A stretch of 64,000 bases of DNA from a bacterium (lineage in GTDB: Bacteria > Patescibacteriota > Minisyncoccia > Phycocordibacterales > CAIZLB01). The stretch lies in NCBI GenBank assembly GCA_031411135.1, contig JANOAN010000007.1, positions 4,214 to 68,213 on the forward strand. The letters run 5' to 3'. Under the pieces are notes generated by a model. That model made no database searches, was not told the DNA's origin, and worked only from the letters and a program-made list of their open reading frames with translations. The position numbers and the translations under genes are program-made. Positions 17,321 to 26,045 of this stretch are shown here, one piece after another (the stretch's first letter is position 1; each line of letters begins with the position of its first letter).

Positions 17321-18055
17321 TTAGAAGTTTTTAATCTTTTTCACGCGTTCGAGACTTATCGTTAAAAGAATGACCAAAACCCAGACTGATAAGAACACTG
17401 GAAGCGTATTTTCTTTGTCGTTGTTTATTATAAAAAAATTAAACATAGAATGCAAGACGACAGCGATGACTAAACCTGCGCAGAGAGCTAGGAATTTTTT
17501 CGTCTTTGAAGAATAAAATGCTAACCCAATGCAAAGTGCAATAGCACCTGAGGCGATAAAGTGGAGGAGGGATGCTCCCATAAATCGCATGGCTGCCGCA
17601 TTAATTGCATTAACTGTGTCTCCCCGAAGAAGTGGACCTAGTAGTAGTATAGTGTTCTCCATCGCCGAAAATCCAAGAGATGCGGTTGTTATATAAATAA
17701 AGGCATCAATTGGGTGGACGAAGGAAACGTGTTTGAATGCGGTAAATCGTGCGGCGAGGTACTTTGTAAGTTCTTCCCAGAAAGACCAAATAGTGACGGC
17801 GACAATAGATGCAGAAGTAAAAGTGGGAACGAAAAACTTTCCAACATAAATTGTTAGTTGTTGAAGTGGAAAGACCACGAATACTCCTGCCATACCAATC
17901 ATGAAAGTTAAAATAATTAAACTACGCGGTTCATGGTGATCGTTTTCTTCGTGCATCCAAAACCAGAGCCATAAGAGTGCTGGAAGAATCCCACCCATAA
18001 GGGCGTAGAGAAAGACGTTAAGATTTAATGCGCAGATTATGCTTGTACAGGCCAT
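17321..18055 (-). CDS. PrsW-family intramembrane protease-like protein
   Basis: Multi-TM protein with EExxK-type FWEELTKY and a downstream His motif (LLHFIASG) characteristic of PrsW/CPBP-like proteases. Confidence 0.5.
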   Translation of the reverse strand: MACTSIICALNLNVFLYALMGGILPALLWLWFWMHEENDHHEPRSLIILTFMIGMAGVFVVFPLQQLTIYVGKFFVPTFTSASIVAVTIWSFWEELTKYLAARFTAFKHVSFVHPIDAFIYITTASLGFSAMENTILLLGPLLRGDTVNAINAAAMRFMGASLLHFIASGAIALCIGLAFYSSKTKKFLALCAGLVIAVVLHSMFNFFIINNDKENTLPVFLSVWVLVILLTISLERVKKIKNF

Positions 18056-20163
18056 TTTTGAACGATAAGCATATTATCGTCTATTTTGACTGATTTAGGA
18101 AGGAGCGACCAGAGTTCTTCAGTGATAAATGGCATGAAGGGGTGGAGGACGGTGATGGAGTCTTTTAGTAGGAGGGCGAGGAGTGCTTGTCGGGAAGTTT
18201 TGTTATCTCCAGTAAGAATAGTTTTACTTTCCTCGATAATTATGTCAGCAATTGTATGCCAAATATAGTGATAAATTTTTTCTGAAGCGAGGTGGTAGCG
18301 GTATTCTTGGAGGTCAGAGGTTACATCTTTCAAAAAGAGAGTGTGATCTTCGAGGATTTTTTTATCTTCCTCAGTTTCAATTTTTCCTCCTGTATAGTCT
18401 TCAAGTACTCCTAAAATAAATCTAGTTACGTTCCAGATTTTGTTTGCAAACTTTTTATAAGCTAAAATTTTTGGCTCGGCAACAGGAAAGTCACTGCCTG
18501 GGGTGTTTCCTACGGCAAGGCTCATGCGAAGCGCATCCGCTCCATATGTGTCAGAAAGTTTTATAGGACTTAATCCATTTCCTTTGCTCTTCGACATTTT
18601 CTGACCCTTGGCGTCATTTGCAAGACCGTGAAGGTAGACAGTTTTGAAAGGCACTTCACCTTTTAAATATAATGAGAAAATAACCATACGTGGAATCCAT
18701 TTAAAGATAAGATCTCGACCCGTTTCCATAACGGTTGTAGGATGATAAGTTTTAAAATCCTTACCATTAGGATAATCAAGTGCAATTAATGGCCACTGAC
18801 CAGACGAGAACCAGGTATCAAAAGTGTCAGTATCGTCTTTAAGTTCGCTACTACAATCCGGACACTTTGTTGACGCGTCAGTATCCAGAAATCCCTTATT
18901 ACAATTCGTACACACCTTGGCTGGAATTGGAATTCCCCAAACTATTTGGCGAGAAATGTTCCAATCGAAAGTATTTTCCATCCAATAAGTAAATATTTTT
19001 TCGTAGTTGTCAGGGATGAATGTAATCTCTTTATTTTTGACTGCTTGGATGGCTTTCTCGGCAAGAGGCTTCATCTTTACGAACCACTGGTCTTTTATCT
19101 GAGGTTCAATTTGAGTTCCACATTTGTAACAACACTTTACATTGTGAATATATTTTTCATCAGTTTTTACTAGAAGTCCTTTTTCTTTAAGTTTTTCAAC
19201 AATTAGCAGGCGGGCCTTTTTAATGTGAATTCCAGCGAATTCATTTGCGATTGGTAAAAGCTTTCCATTAAAATCGATAACCTGTTCAGCTTCTAATTTA
19301 TGACGCTGTGCAATTTCAAAGTCGACCGCATCGTGCCACGGTGTGATGGTCATTACTCCTGTTCCAAATTCCATATCGATAGAATTGTCTTTGATTAAAG
19401 TTGCAGTAATTTTTCCATTGATCCATTCAACATCGAAAGTCTGACCGTCTTTGTATTCAGTGTAACGCTTATCATCTGGATGAACCACGATATATTTATC
19501 ACCAAATTTCGTTTCAGGTCGTGAAGTTCCAATTACAAATGGCCCATATTGGAAATAATAAAATGGGTCTACTTGTTCTTTGAATTCTGTTTCTACGTCC
19601 GAAAGGGAAGTCTGATGACGTGAACACCAGTTGATAATTCTTTTTCCTCTGTAAACTAGACCATCCTTGTGCATTTTTCTGAAAGTGTCTTGTACAACAG
19701 AAATAACTTCCGGATCCAAAGTAAATTTTTCGCGAGACCAATCACAAGATCCGCCGAGTCGCCGTACGTCATCTTCCATGTGCTTTTTATTTTGAATCGT
19801 GAAATCGTAAATCTGTTTGTACAGTTCTTTTGATTCAATATCAAAGCGAGTTTTACCTTGCTTCTCTAATTCTTTTTCGTACATGATTTGAGTTTCAAAT
19901 CCAGCATGGTCGGCACCTGGCACCCAAAGAGCACGCTTGCCCTGCATTCTGGCAAAACGAATCATTACGTCCTCTAATGTCACGAACATGGCGTGTCCAG
20001 CATGAAGACGACCGTTCGCGTTTGGTGGTGGCATAATGATGGTGTAAGGCTCTCCTTCAGGTAGGTTATCAGGGTTGAAAAAACCACTCTCTTCCCAGAG
20101 CTTGTAGATACGAGGTTCGGTCTCGTTGGGGTCGTATGGTTTGAGAAGTTTTTCAGGAATCAT
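18037..20163 (-). CDS. valS: Valyl-tRNA synthetase (short form lacking the C-terminal coiled coil)
   Basis: Class I HIGH (PPNANGRLHAGHA) and KMSKSKGN motifs; ValRS-like N-terminus and CP1 region; 708 aa. Confidence 0.8.
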   Translation of the reverse strand: MIPEKLLKPYDPNETEPRIYKLWEESGFFNPDNLPEGEPYTIIMPPPNANGRLHAGHAMFVTLEDVMIRFARMQGKRALWVPGADHAGFETQIMYEKELEKQGKTRFDIESKELYKQIYDFTIQNKKHMEDDVRRLGGSCDWSREKFTLDPEVISVVQDTFRKMHKDGLVYRGKRIINWCSRHQTSLSDVETEFKEQVDPFYYFQYGPFVIGTSRPETKFGDKYIVVHPDDKRYTEYKDGQTFDVEWINGKITATLIKDNSIDMEFGTGVMTITPWHDAVDFEIAQRHKLEAEQVIDFNGKLLPIANEFAGIHIKKARLLIVEKLKEKGLLVKTDEKYIHNVKCCYKCGTQIEPQIKDQWFVKMKPLAEKAIQAVKNKEITFIPDNYEKIFTYWMENTFDWNISRQIVWGIPIPAKVCTNCNKGFLDTDASTKCPDCSSELKDDTDTFDTWFSSGQWPLIALDYPNGKDFKTYHPTTVMETGRDLIFKWIPRMVIFSLYLKGEVPFKTVYLHGLANDAKGQKMSKSKGNGLSPIKLSDTYGADALRMSLAVGNTPGSDFPVAEPKILAYKKFANKIWNVTRFILGVLEDYTGGKIETEEDKKILEDHTLFLKDVTSDLQEYRYHLASEKIYHYIWHTIADIIIEESKTILTGDNKTSRQALLALLLKDSITVLHPFMPFITEELWSLLPKSVKIDDNMLIVQKWPVQA

Positions 20164-20232
20164 GGGGTAAATAGTAGCAATTATAAGGATAAATTTCCAC
20201 TAAATGAGGCTTATTTTTAGGGGTGGATTGCT

Positions 20233-20260
20233 ATTGACAATTTGCTATATTATGCTTTAA
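20233..20260 (+). promoter_or_regulatory. sigma70-like promoter (TTGACA -35 with TTTAAT/TATTAT -10 candidates)
   Basis: Consensus TTGACA at 20233-20238 in the intergenic region downstream of valS and upstream of the GC-rich ORF. Confidence 0.3.
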
Positions 20261-20365
20261 TTTAATAAATCAAGTTCTTTGAATTAGTTGAGTGTGGAAA
20301 GAGGTTCGAAAGCTTGCTGCCATTCCGGCAAATGGTTTTCGACTCACAACTACACTCAACAATCC

Positions 20366-20800
20366 ATGAAACTCTATATTCGCAATACCTCTAATCCGCT
20401 GCTTCCCACGGCAATCCAGACTGTGAAGGAAAACGCTAGAAAAGCCGCCAACCACTTCGGATTTAAAGGGCAAGTGGTCAGCACGTGGTCTGCTGTTCTT
20501 TACGATCGTCGTGGAGCAGCAGGCGCGATCCTGGGAGAAACACTAGAAGATGGCCTCCTCGAAGCTATCATATACCTTGGCGAAACCGCTCTTCTTTGTC
20601 CACCTTATGAAGACAAGGACTCCGATGGGTTGTTCTCTCAGTCGCAGTGGGAGCACACAGCGGAACACCTCATTGGCTTCATCAAGTTGGTATTTGCGAA
20701 GGATGGCAGTGTCACTATTACCGCCTTCAAAACTGCCACTAAGGGACTTTTCACCTCGCCGACGCCAGACCAAGAGCTCCAGGTGGCACTCAACCCCTAA
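20366..20800 (+). CDS. hypothetical protein, markedly GC-rich relative to neighbours (possibly horizontally acquired)
   Basis: The ORF opens at 20288; Met at 20366 (MKLYIRN…) is the likely start. About 50% GC, with long overlapping ORFs on both strands typical of GC-rich DNA. Followed by a terminator. Confidence 0.4.
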   Translation: MKLYIRNTSNPLLPTAIQTVKENARKAANHFGFKGQVVSTWSAVLYDRRGAAGAILGETLEDGLLEAIIYLGETALLCPPYEDKDSDGLFSQSQWEHTAEHLIGFIKLVFAKDGSVTITAFKTATKGLFTSPTPDQELQVALNP

Positions 20801-20840
20801 GCGGGCGGAAATAACCCGGTGACAGTCCTTAGTCACTATT

Positions 20841-20879
20841 GAGCGCACGACCTTCGCAGGTTGTGCGCTCTTTCTTTTA
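20841..20879 (+). terminator. intrinsic terminator
   Basis: gagcgcac-gaccttcgcaggtt-gtgcgctc followed by tttctttt. Confidence 0.55.
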
Positions 20880-22124
20880 CAACCCCAAATTTCCACTTGC
20901 CTTAAAATCCGTCTCCAAACTTTCTCCTTTATTAATAAAGTGCATATACCCCGCAACAGCGATCATGATTGCATTATCAGTCGAGTGTTGAATCTGAGGG
21001 ATAAAAAGATTAATATCGACAAAGTCCAACGAAGTCATTTTTTGAAAAGCATTTCGAATATTTTCGTTTGCAATCACTCCACCACCAATAATAATTGTGC
21101 GGGCACTGTGATCAATCATGGCTTGTCGCGTTTTCTTCACCAAAACTTCGGTTGCAGAGTTTTCGAATTCTCGTGCAATGTCTTCTTTGTCAGTTTCAGA
21201 AAGCTCTCCTATTTTTTTAACTAAATATAAAACTGCAGTCTTAAGTCCGGAAAAAGAAAAATCATAGTCTTTGGTATTCAACATTGGGCGAGGTAAAACT
21301 ATATTTTCATTTTTCTCTCTTGCTCTACTTAACATTGCAAGAGCTGAGATTTTCGGTCCACCTGGATAGGGAAGTCCTAAAATTCTTGCTACTTTATCAA
21401 ACGCCTCACCCACCGCATCATCCCGAGTTCTACCAATAACAGAATATTCATGCCAACTTTTTATTAAAACTAATTCGGTGTGTCCTCCAGAAATGAGAAG
21501 TGCGAGGGCAGGGAATGTGACATTTTTTTCTTTCTCACTATCAACTAACACAGAAACAATATGACCCTCCATGTGATTTGTCGGAACGACCGGAATGCTC
21601 CAAATTGTTCCCAAGGTTTTTGCAAAGTTAATTCCAACCCAAAGCGCAGGCTCAAGCCCTGGTCCTTGTGTAACTGCGATTACATCAACATCTGGCTTAT
21701 CAATTGTTTCTAATAATTTAATAACATCCGAGGCCATTTCATGTTCCATTTTCAATGATGCCAAAATTTTTGCTTTTTCTTCATTGGAAAATTCAGATTT
21801 TTTCTCTTTGTATAAATCAGCCTTTTTTAATGCTTCGATAAAAAGGGAAGTGATATTTTTACTGTGCTCTCGTTTGGCTAGAGCCGGGAAAACCCCACCG
21901 TGTTTTGCATGAATTTCAATTTGAGATTGTAGGGCATTACCTAAAACTTTAATTTCAGGTCCGTTGTTTGAGGTGTCGATAACAGTACTTCCATTATAAA
22001 TAGCAGCACGTTCACCAGCTTCAATAATGCACACAGCCGTCTCGTCACAGCTTGTTTCTATGCCTAAAACTAGGGTTTTTTTACTCATAAGAGCTCTAAT
22101 ATATACTATTTTCGACAAATCCAA
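20877..22124 (-). CDS. tsaD: tRNA N6-threonylcarbamoyladenosine synthase TsaD (Kae1/Gcp family)
   Basis: LVLGIETSCDETAVCII N-terminal motif; metal-binding HMEGH. Probable real start is the Met at ~22088 (MSKKTLVLGIE). Confidence 0.85.
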   Translation of the reverse strand: MDLSKIVYIRALMSKKTLVLGIETSCDETAVCIIEAGERAAIYNGSTVIDTSNNGPEIKVLGNALQSQIEIHAKHGGVFPALAKREHSKNITSLFIEALKKADLYKEKKSEFSNEEKAKILASLKMEHEMASDVIKLLETIDKPDVDVIAVTQGPGLEPALWVGINFAKTLGTIWSIPVVPTNHMEGHIVSVLVDSEKEKNVTFPALALLISGGHTELVLIKSWHEYSVIGRTRDDAVGEAFDKVARILGLPYPGGPKISALAMLSRAREKNENIVLPRPMLNTKDYDFSFSGLKTAVLYLVKKIGELSETDKEDIAREFENSATEVLVKKTRQAMIDHSARTIIIGGGVIANENIRNAFQKMTSLDFVDINLFIPQIQHSTDNAIMIAVAGYMHFINKGESLETDFKASGNLGL

Positions 22125-22723
22125 AGCCCATCTCCGGTCGTCAATTCCTCAATTTTCCATTGATTTTTAATCAAATATTCTTTAAAGGTTTTTAATCTTT
22201 CCTTCATGTCAGATGTGTTATCTACAACCAAAAAAGTTTTACTATTGATGATAGGAGAAAGTGTCTCTAAATACTGTATAAATTTTGCACGATTGGCGTC
22301 GAAGAATAAAAGATCAACATCCTTAATCAAAGTTATAATTTTAGGTAAAGCTGTTTCAATCTCTTCCTCAAAAATCTTTGCATCAATCTTTACTTTCCCA
22401 AAATATTCTTTTGCAATTTTGTATTTATAATCTCGCTTTTCAATTGTAAAAAGTTTACCTCCAGTTTGCTTTAATGCCAATCCCATCCAAACACCTGAAT
22501 ATCCAATTCCAGTGCCTAGTTCGATAACATTATTAATTTTATTTCCCAAAATAAAATTATAGAGAAATTCTCCAGTTTGTGGAGAAACAGGCCATGGTCG
22601 GTCGCCATAAATTTGATCTGGATCGGATAAATGCTGACCAATTTCAATTTGAGAAGGTGAATACCAAACTAGAGTTTTCGAGAACCCCTCTAATTCCTTT
22701 AAGATTTCCTTTTCTGCAAACAT
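22106..22723 (-). CDS. class I SAM-dependent O-methyltransferase (family 3-like)
   Basis: VIELGTGIGYSGVWM motif I; …LLFFDANRAKFIQYLE…; 205 aa. Confidence 0.65.
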   Translation of the reverse strand: MFAEKEILKELEGFSKTLVWYSPSQIEIGQHLSDPDQIYGDRPWPVSPQTGEFLYNFILGNKINNVIELGTGIGYSGVWMGLALKQTGGKLFTIEKRDYKYKIAKEYFGKVKIDAKIFEEEIETALPKIITLIKDVDLLFFDANRAKFIQYLETLSPIINSKTFLVVDNTSDMKERLKTFKEYLIKNQWKIEELTTGDGLWICRK

Positions 22724-22971
22724 TATTTAATTGCCTGGTTGATTCTTTCTACACGAGCCTTTTTAATGTCTTCATCACCAGCACCAGAACTTTCCATTGT
22801 CATTGCAAGGTATGTGAGGGCACCCCTAACTTCTTCGGCTCGAGGGTCGTTGGTTTCTTTCAGGCTTGTATATAACGGAATACCAACATTTCCTAATTCT
22901 TCCCAGTTATCGTCGTGTATAACTAAAAACTGTTCGTAGGCTTTTTCAATGTCGTAAGGTGCTTCTTCCAT
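22723..22971 (-). CDS. hypothetical acidic small protein (82 aa)
   Basis: ORF only. Confidence 0.35.
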   Translation of the reverse strand: MEEAPYDIEKAYEQFLVIHDDNWEELGNVGIPLYTSLKETNDPRAEEVRGALTYLAMTMESSGAGDEDIKKARVERINQAIK

Positions 22972-23034
22972 TAATTTATTTTAAATTTATTAATAAGCAT
23001 ATTGTATCTCAGGGTGTTCTTTTTAAGAAGTTTA

Positions 23035-23319
23035 CTAGCCTCTAGTTGAATCTACCGTTGTTGTATTTACAGGCTCCTCCTCTTCGATACTTGGTGGGCA
23101 AGGCTTACCAGTCATGATGTCATATCGGTCCCCAATGGCACAAGAGACAAGAGGAGGAGTTGTTTTCTTTGATGAAAAGTAGAAATAACTCCATATAATA
23201 AGGGCTGAAAGCAGTATGACTCCTATTGTGAAGGCAGTGTTTGTTTTTAAGATTTTCATTATCACAGTATAGCAGAAATTTTGATCTAGGTAAGGGAAGA
23301 CCAAGCAAGGCGTCTTCAT
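23035..23319 (-). CDS. small membrane-anchored/secreted protein (94 aa)
   Basis: N-terminal TM helix; C-terminal Cys/Pro-containing segment. Confidence 0.4.
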   Translation of the reverse strand: MKTPCLVFPYLDQNFCYTVIMKILKTNTAFTIGVILLSALIIWSYFYFSSKKTTPPLVSCAIGDRYDIMTGKPCPPSIEEEEPVNTTTVDSTRG

Positions 23320-23347
23320 GTGTGTACTAATATAAAACTTTAAAAAT

Positions 23348-23713
23348 ATGAACTCATCTTATACATCTTCCAGCACCAAACCACTTTATCGCGGAACTCA
23401 AATTGTTTGGTATATCTTAGGAATCGTCGAGATTCTATTAGCTTTTCGTTTCGTTCTCAAATTACTTGGTGCTAACCCTGCTGCTGGTTTTACTAGTTTT
23501 ATTTATGGAGTAACCTACATCTTTGCAAATCCATTCCTGTCAGTTTTTCGAAGTACTCAGATTGCTACTGGTAGTATTTTTGAATGGACTTCACTTCTTG
23601 CAATGATTGTATATTGGATTATTGCAATGGGAATAATTAATCTGTTCTTCATGGGTAAGACTGTTTCAACTCCTGAAGCGGCGGCAAAGATGGAGATTGA
23701 GGAGGAGAAGTAA
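23348..23713 (+). CDS. YggT-family membrane protein
   Basis: …ILLAFRFVLKLLGANP…FIYGVTYIFANPFL… matches the YggT/Ycf19 pattern. Confidence 0.55.
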   Translation: MNSSYTSSSTKPLYRGTQIVWYILGIVEILLAFRFVLKLLGANPAAGFTSFIYGVTYIFANPFLSVFRSTQIATGSIFEWTSLLAMIVYWIIAMGIINLFFMGKTVSTPEAAAKMEIEEEK

Positions 23714-23878
23714 TTAGAATTCGATTTTTCCATTTGGAGTGATGGGTGTTGGTGTAGTTACTTTGTTTTTAGAAAATCCCCAGCTTATTAATAAGATGAT
23801 AATGATCAATATTAGGATTGATATAAAGGTTTTTATCACTATGTAAGTATAGCAGGAATTGGTGAGCCAATCTGGTCC

Positions 23879-24163
23879 TTACTTTTTCTTACGAAACCAC
23901 TTCAGGGCAGTAGGTCTTCGATGAGGACAACCAGGCCAACAACACGGACGACGTTTTCCCTTTCGCAAATCTACGCAAAGTCGTTTGAGGTGTTCTGTTC
24001 GAGTTTCTTCTTTTTTAACAATCGTCACCCAACAAATCCATTCATTGCGTGCAAGTGGTGTTAGTTTGTTCCATAACTCTAAAACATCAGTATTTGATCG
24101 AAGGACTTTTTGCAGGTCTTTGGATACTCGATGAACGACAACAGTTTTTACGTTCGTAGGCAT
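23879..24163 (-). CDS. YdeI/OmpD-associated family protein
   Basis: …LTPLARNEWICWVTIVKKEETRTEHLKRL… pattern. Confidence 0.5.
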   Translation of the reverse strand: MPTNVKTVVVHRVSKDLQKVLRSNTDVLELWNKLTPLARNEWICWVTIVKKEETRTEHLKRLCVDLRKGKRRPCCWPGCPHRRPTALKWFRKKK

Positions 24164-24366
24164 AGGGAAAGTATAGCAGGTATGTGTATTATATGCGGTG
24201 ACCCTTCAGCAGATAGAACCTTTTGGTTCCTTGCAGGGTAGGGTTATTTTTAATGTTTATATATTAACATAACGACCCTTCTCGTGCGTAGGTGATACAT
24301 CATATATTTGCTATAATATGTATATGTGGTATAATATAGGTCGTTATAAGCTCTTTAAATTTCGTG

Positions 24367-24421
24367 TATCGCCATAGCTAAAAGGTACTTACTATATAGG
24401 TATTTTCTAGCTATGGCGATA
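24367..24421. promoter_or_regulatory. 13-bp perfect inverted repeat (operator-like) in a divergent AT-rich promoter region
   Basis: tatcgccatagct (24367-24379) and agctatggcgata (24409-24421) flank a 29-nt spacer. Two TATAAT boxes lie immediately upstream (24310-24350). Confidence 0.35.
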
Positions 24422-24467
24422 AGGTAGCCCGCTAGCACTTGATAGGAAACAACACACCAGTTAATAC

Positions 24468-24656
24468 ATGAATAACGATAAAAATGATAAACCGAAGGAA
24501 GTATGTGTAACTCCACCGGTAGAGAAAAATCAGGATGAGCCTGGTTGGGAGAGCGAAGTCGCTAGGCTTCGAATAGACAGGCCGATGCTTATCGTCTCAA
24601 TGACACTTGGTGAATACAGAAGAAGATACAGGGTGAAGCCCCATACTTACTGCTAG
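24468..24656 (+). CDS. small hypothetical protein (62 aa)
   Basis: ORF downstream of the TATAAT boxes; a terminator follows. Confidence 0.3.
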   Translation: MNNDKNDKPKEVCVTPPVEKNQDEPGWESEVARLRIDRPMLIVSMTLGEYRRRYRVKPHTYC

Positions 24657-24764
24657 TGATTCAAGGCTGAGAGTACGAGATAATATTTGAAATTTAGTTA
24701 GATAATATTTTGGTGTTAAGCAATACACCGAAGACAAAATAGAAATTTTTCCAAAAGTTTCTAC

Positions 24765-24795
24765 ATCCCCGCCGCAACGGGGATTTTGTATTTTA
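24765..24795 (+). terminator. intrinsic terminator
   Basis: atccccg-ccgcaa-cggggat followed by tttgtatttt. Confidence 0.45.
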
Positions 24796-25062
24796 AGGAT
24801 ACAGATGTTGGCTGTTGAAGGTGACCCCATTGCGTGGCTTTCAGAACTTACTAAACAGAGAGATTATATCAAAAGTAGCATTCAAAGTATTTATTTATTC
24901 TCAAACACAGTACACAATTAAGAGTTTTTTAATATAACTCAAAAGCTTGGGAAATGTTTAGAGGTCCTCGTTCGGTGATAAATAAACAGAAAACCCACCA
25001 TCTCGCGACAGAGGGTTTCTGTGTTGAGGTTGGTGGGTTGGCTTGACCTTGAAGTGTTGCTT

Positions 25063-25866
25063 TCAAGAGCGTTTGACGATTGCATATGTCACGTTGTAAA
25101 CGTGAATGTATTCGTCAGGATCGACAATCAATACCTTGTATTTCTCAAGGCAGACGTCGCGATAAAAACGCAAGATCTGCAACTTGGCAGCTTCAAAGTC
25201 TGGCAGTAACTCCTTCTTGGCACGCAAACGGTCCCAGATGTTGACGAAGAATCCATATCCGTCTTTATACCTACTCGCTACGAGGGGGTGTTCATCAAGA
25301 ACCGCATTTAGTGCTTCTGTGGAGAAGATGAAGGGGCAATTCGTTTTACCTTCAAGTCGTGCTAGGAATTGCTCCGCCTCATTTACGAGGGCGGAAAACA
25401 CAGGTCCGGGAACAAAGTGATCTTGAAGTAAGAAGATGCCGCCGGGTTTTAACACCCGAAGAGTCTCATTGATGGCTTGAAGCCAATGTTCACGAGGCAG
25501 GTTGTTGAAACCATACCTGCAAATAGCGACGTCAATACTTTCCGACGAGACTTCCTGCATATTCGTCACATCTGCACAGATGGTCCGAGTCTTAGCATCA
25601 GATTGGATACTACTCAGAATCTGTGCCGAGGCGTCGACAAAGGTCATCTCTGATTCCAAGCCGACTGTTCCGAGATGAAATTGTATTGCTTTTCCTGCAA
25701 GACCTGTACCACAGCACAAATCCAGCACTTTGACGGGGTTTGGTAAGTGTAATCCACGCTCTACTCGATGAAAATCGAGCAGAGCTGAAGCATATCGTTC
25801 GGATTTTGAATCCTCAGTGAATGCTCCAAATGTTTGTAAGTAGCTTTTAGGCCATTGTTCGGGCAT
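25063..25866 (-). CDS. class I SAM-dependent methyltransferase (small-molecule/RNA MTase-like, not an obvious DNA MTase)
   Basis: VLDLCCGTGLAGKAI motif I; LKPGGIFLL post-II motif; no (D/N)PP(Y/F) motif seen; stop codon is TGA. Confidence 0.7.
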   Translation of the reverse strand: MPEQWPKSYLQTFGAFTEDSKSERYASALLDFHRVERGLHLPNPVKVLDLCCGTGLAGKAIQFHLGTVGLESEMTFVDASAQILSSIQSDAKTRTICADVTNMQEVSSESIDVAICRYGFNNLPREHWLQAINETLRVLKPGGIFLLQDHFVPGPVFSALVNEAEQFLARLEGKTNCPFIFSTEALNAVLDEHPLVASRYKDGYGFFVNIWDRLRAKKELLPDFEAAKLQILRFYRDVCLEKYKVLIVDPDEYIHVYNVTYAIVKRS

Positions 25867-26045
25867 ATGAATCTCCAGTTGATTGTTGTGAAAAGAGCGG
25901 TTGTAGAAAACTACAAATCACACGATACCATACAGTATGCAATTTGTCTATAGATGTGAACCAGAGTGTACATTATTCGAATACTTCACCCAACTACGTA
26001 TTTCACCCTTACAAATGAGGAACTTGGCTAAGTGTTCAGAGGTCT

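Noticed and set aside
20543-20956. 137-aa minus-strand and 90-aa plus-strand ORFs overlapping the GC-rich unit at 20288-20800
   Set aside because: Mutually overlapping ORFs in a GC-rich segment. Only the longest plus-strand frame, which has a promoter and terminator, is retained, and with low confidence.
25063-25866. Methyltransferase next to the Mrr-like nuclease gene as a restriction-modification partner
   Set aside because: Motifs fit a class I small-molecule/RNA SAM-MTase (DLCCGTG, PGG) with no DPPY/NPPY-type DNA amino-MTase motif seen, so an R-M pairing is not supported by sequence. It remains possible only via a profile search.
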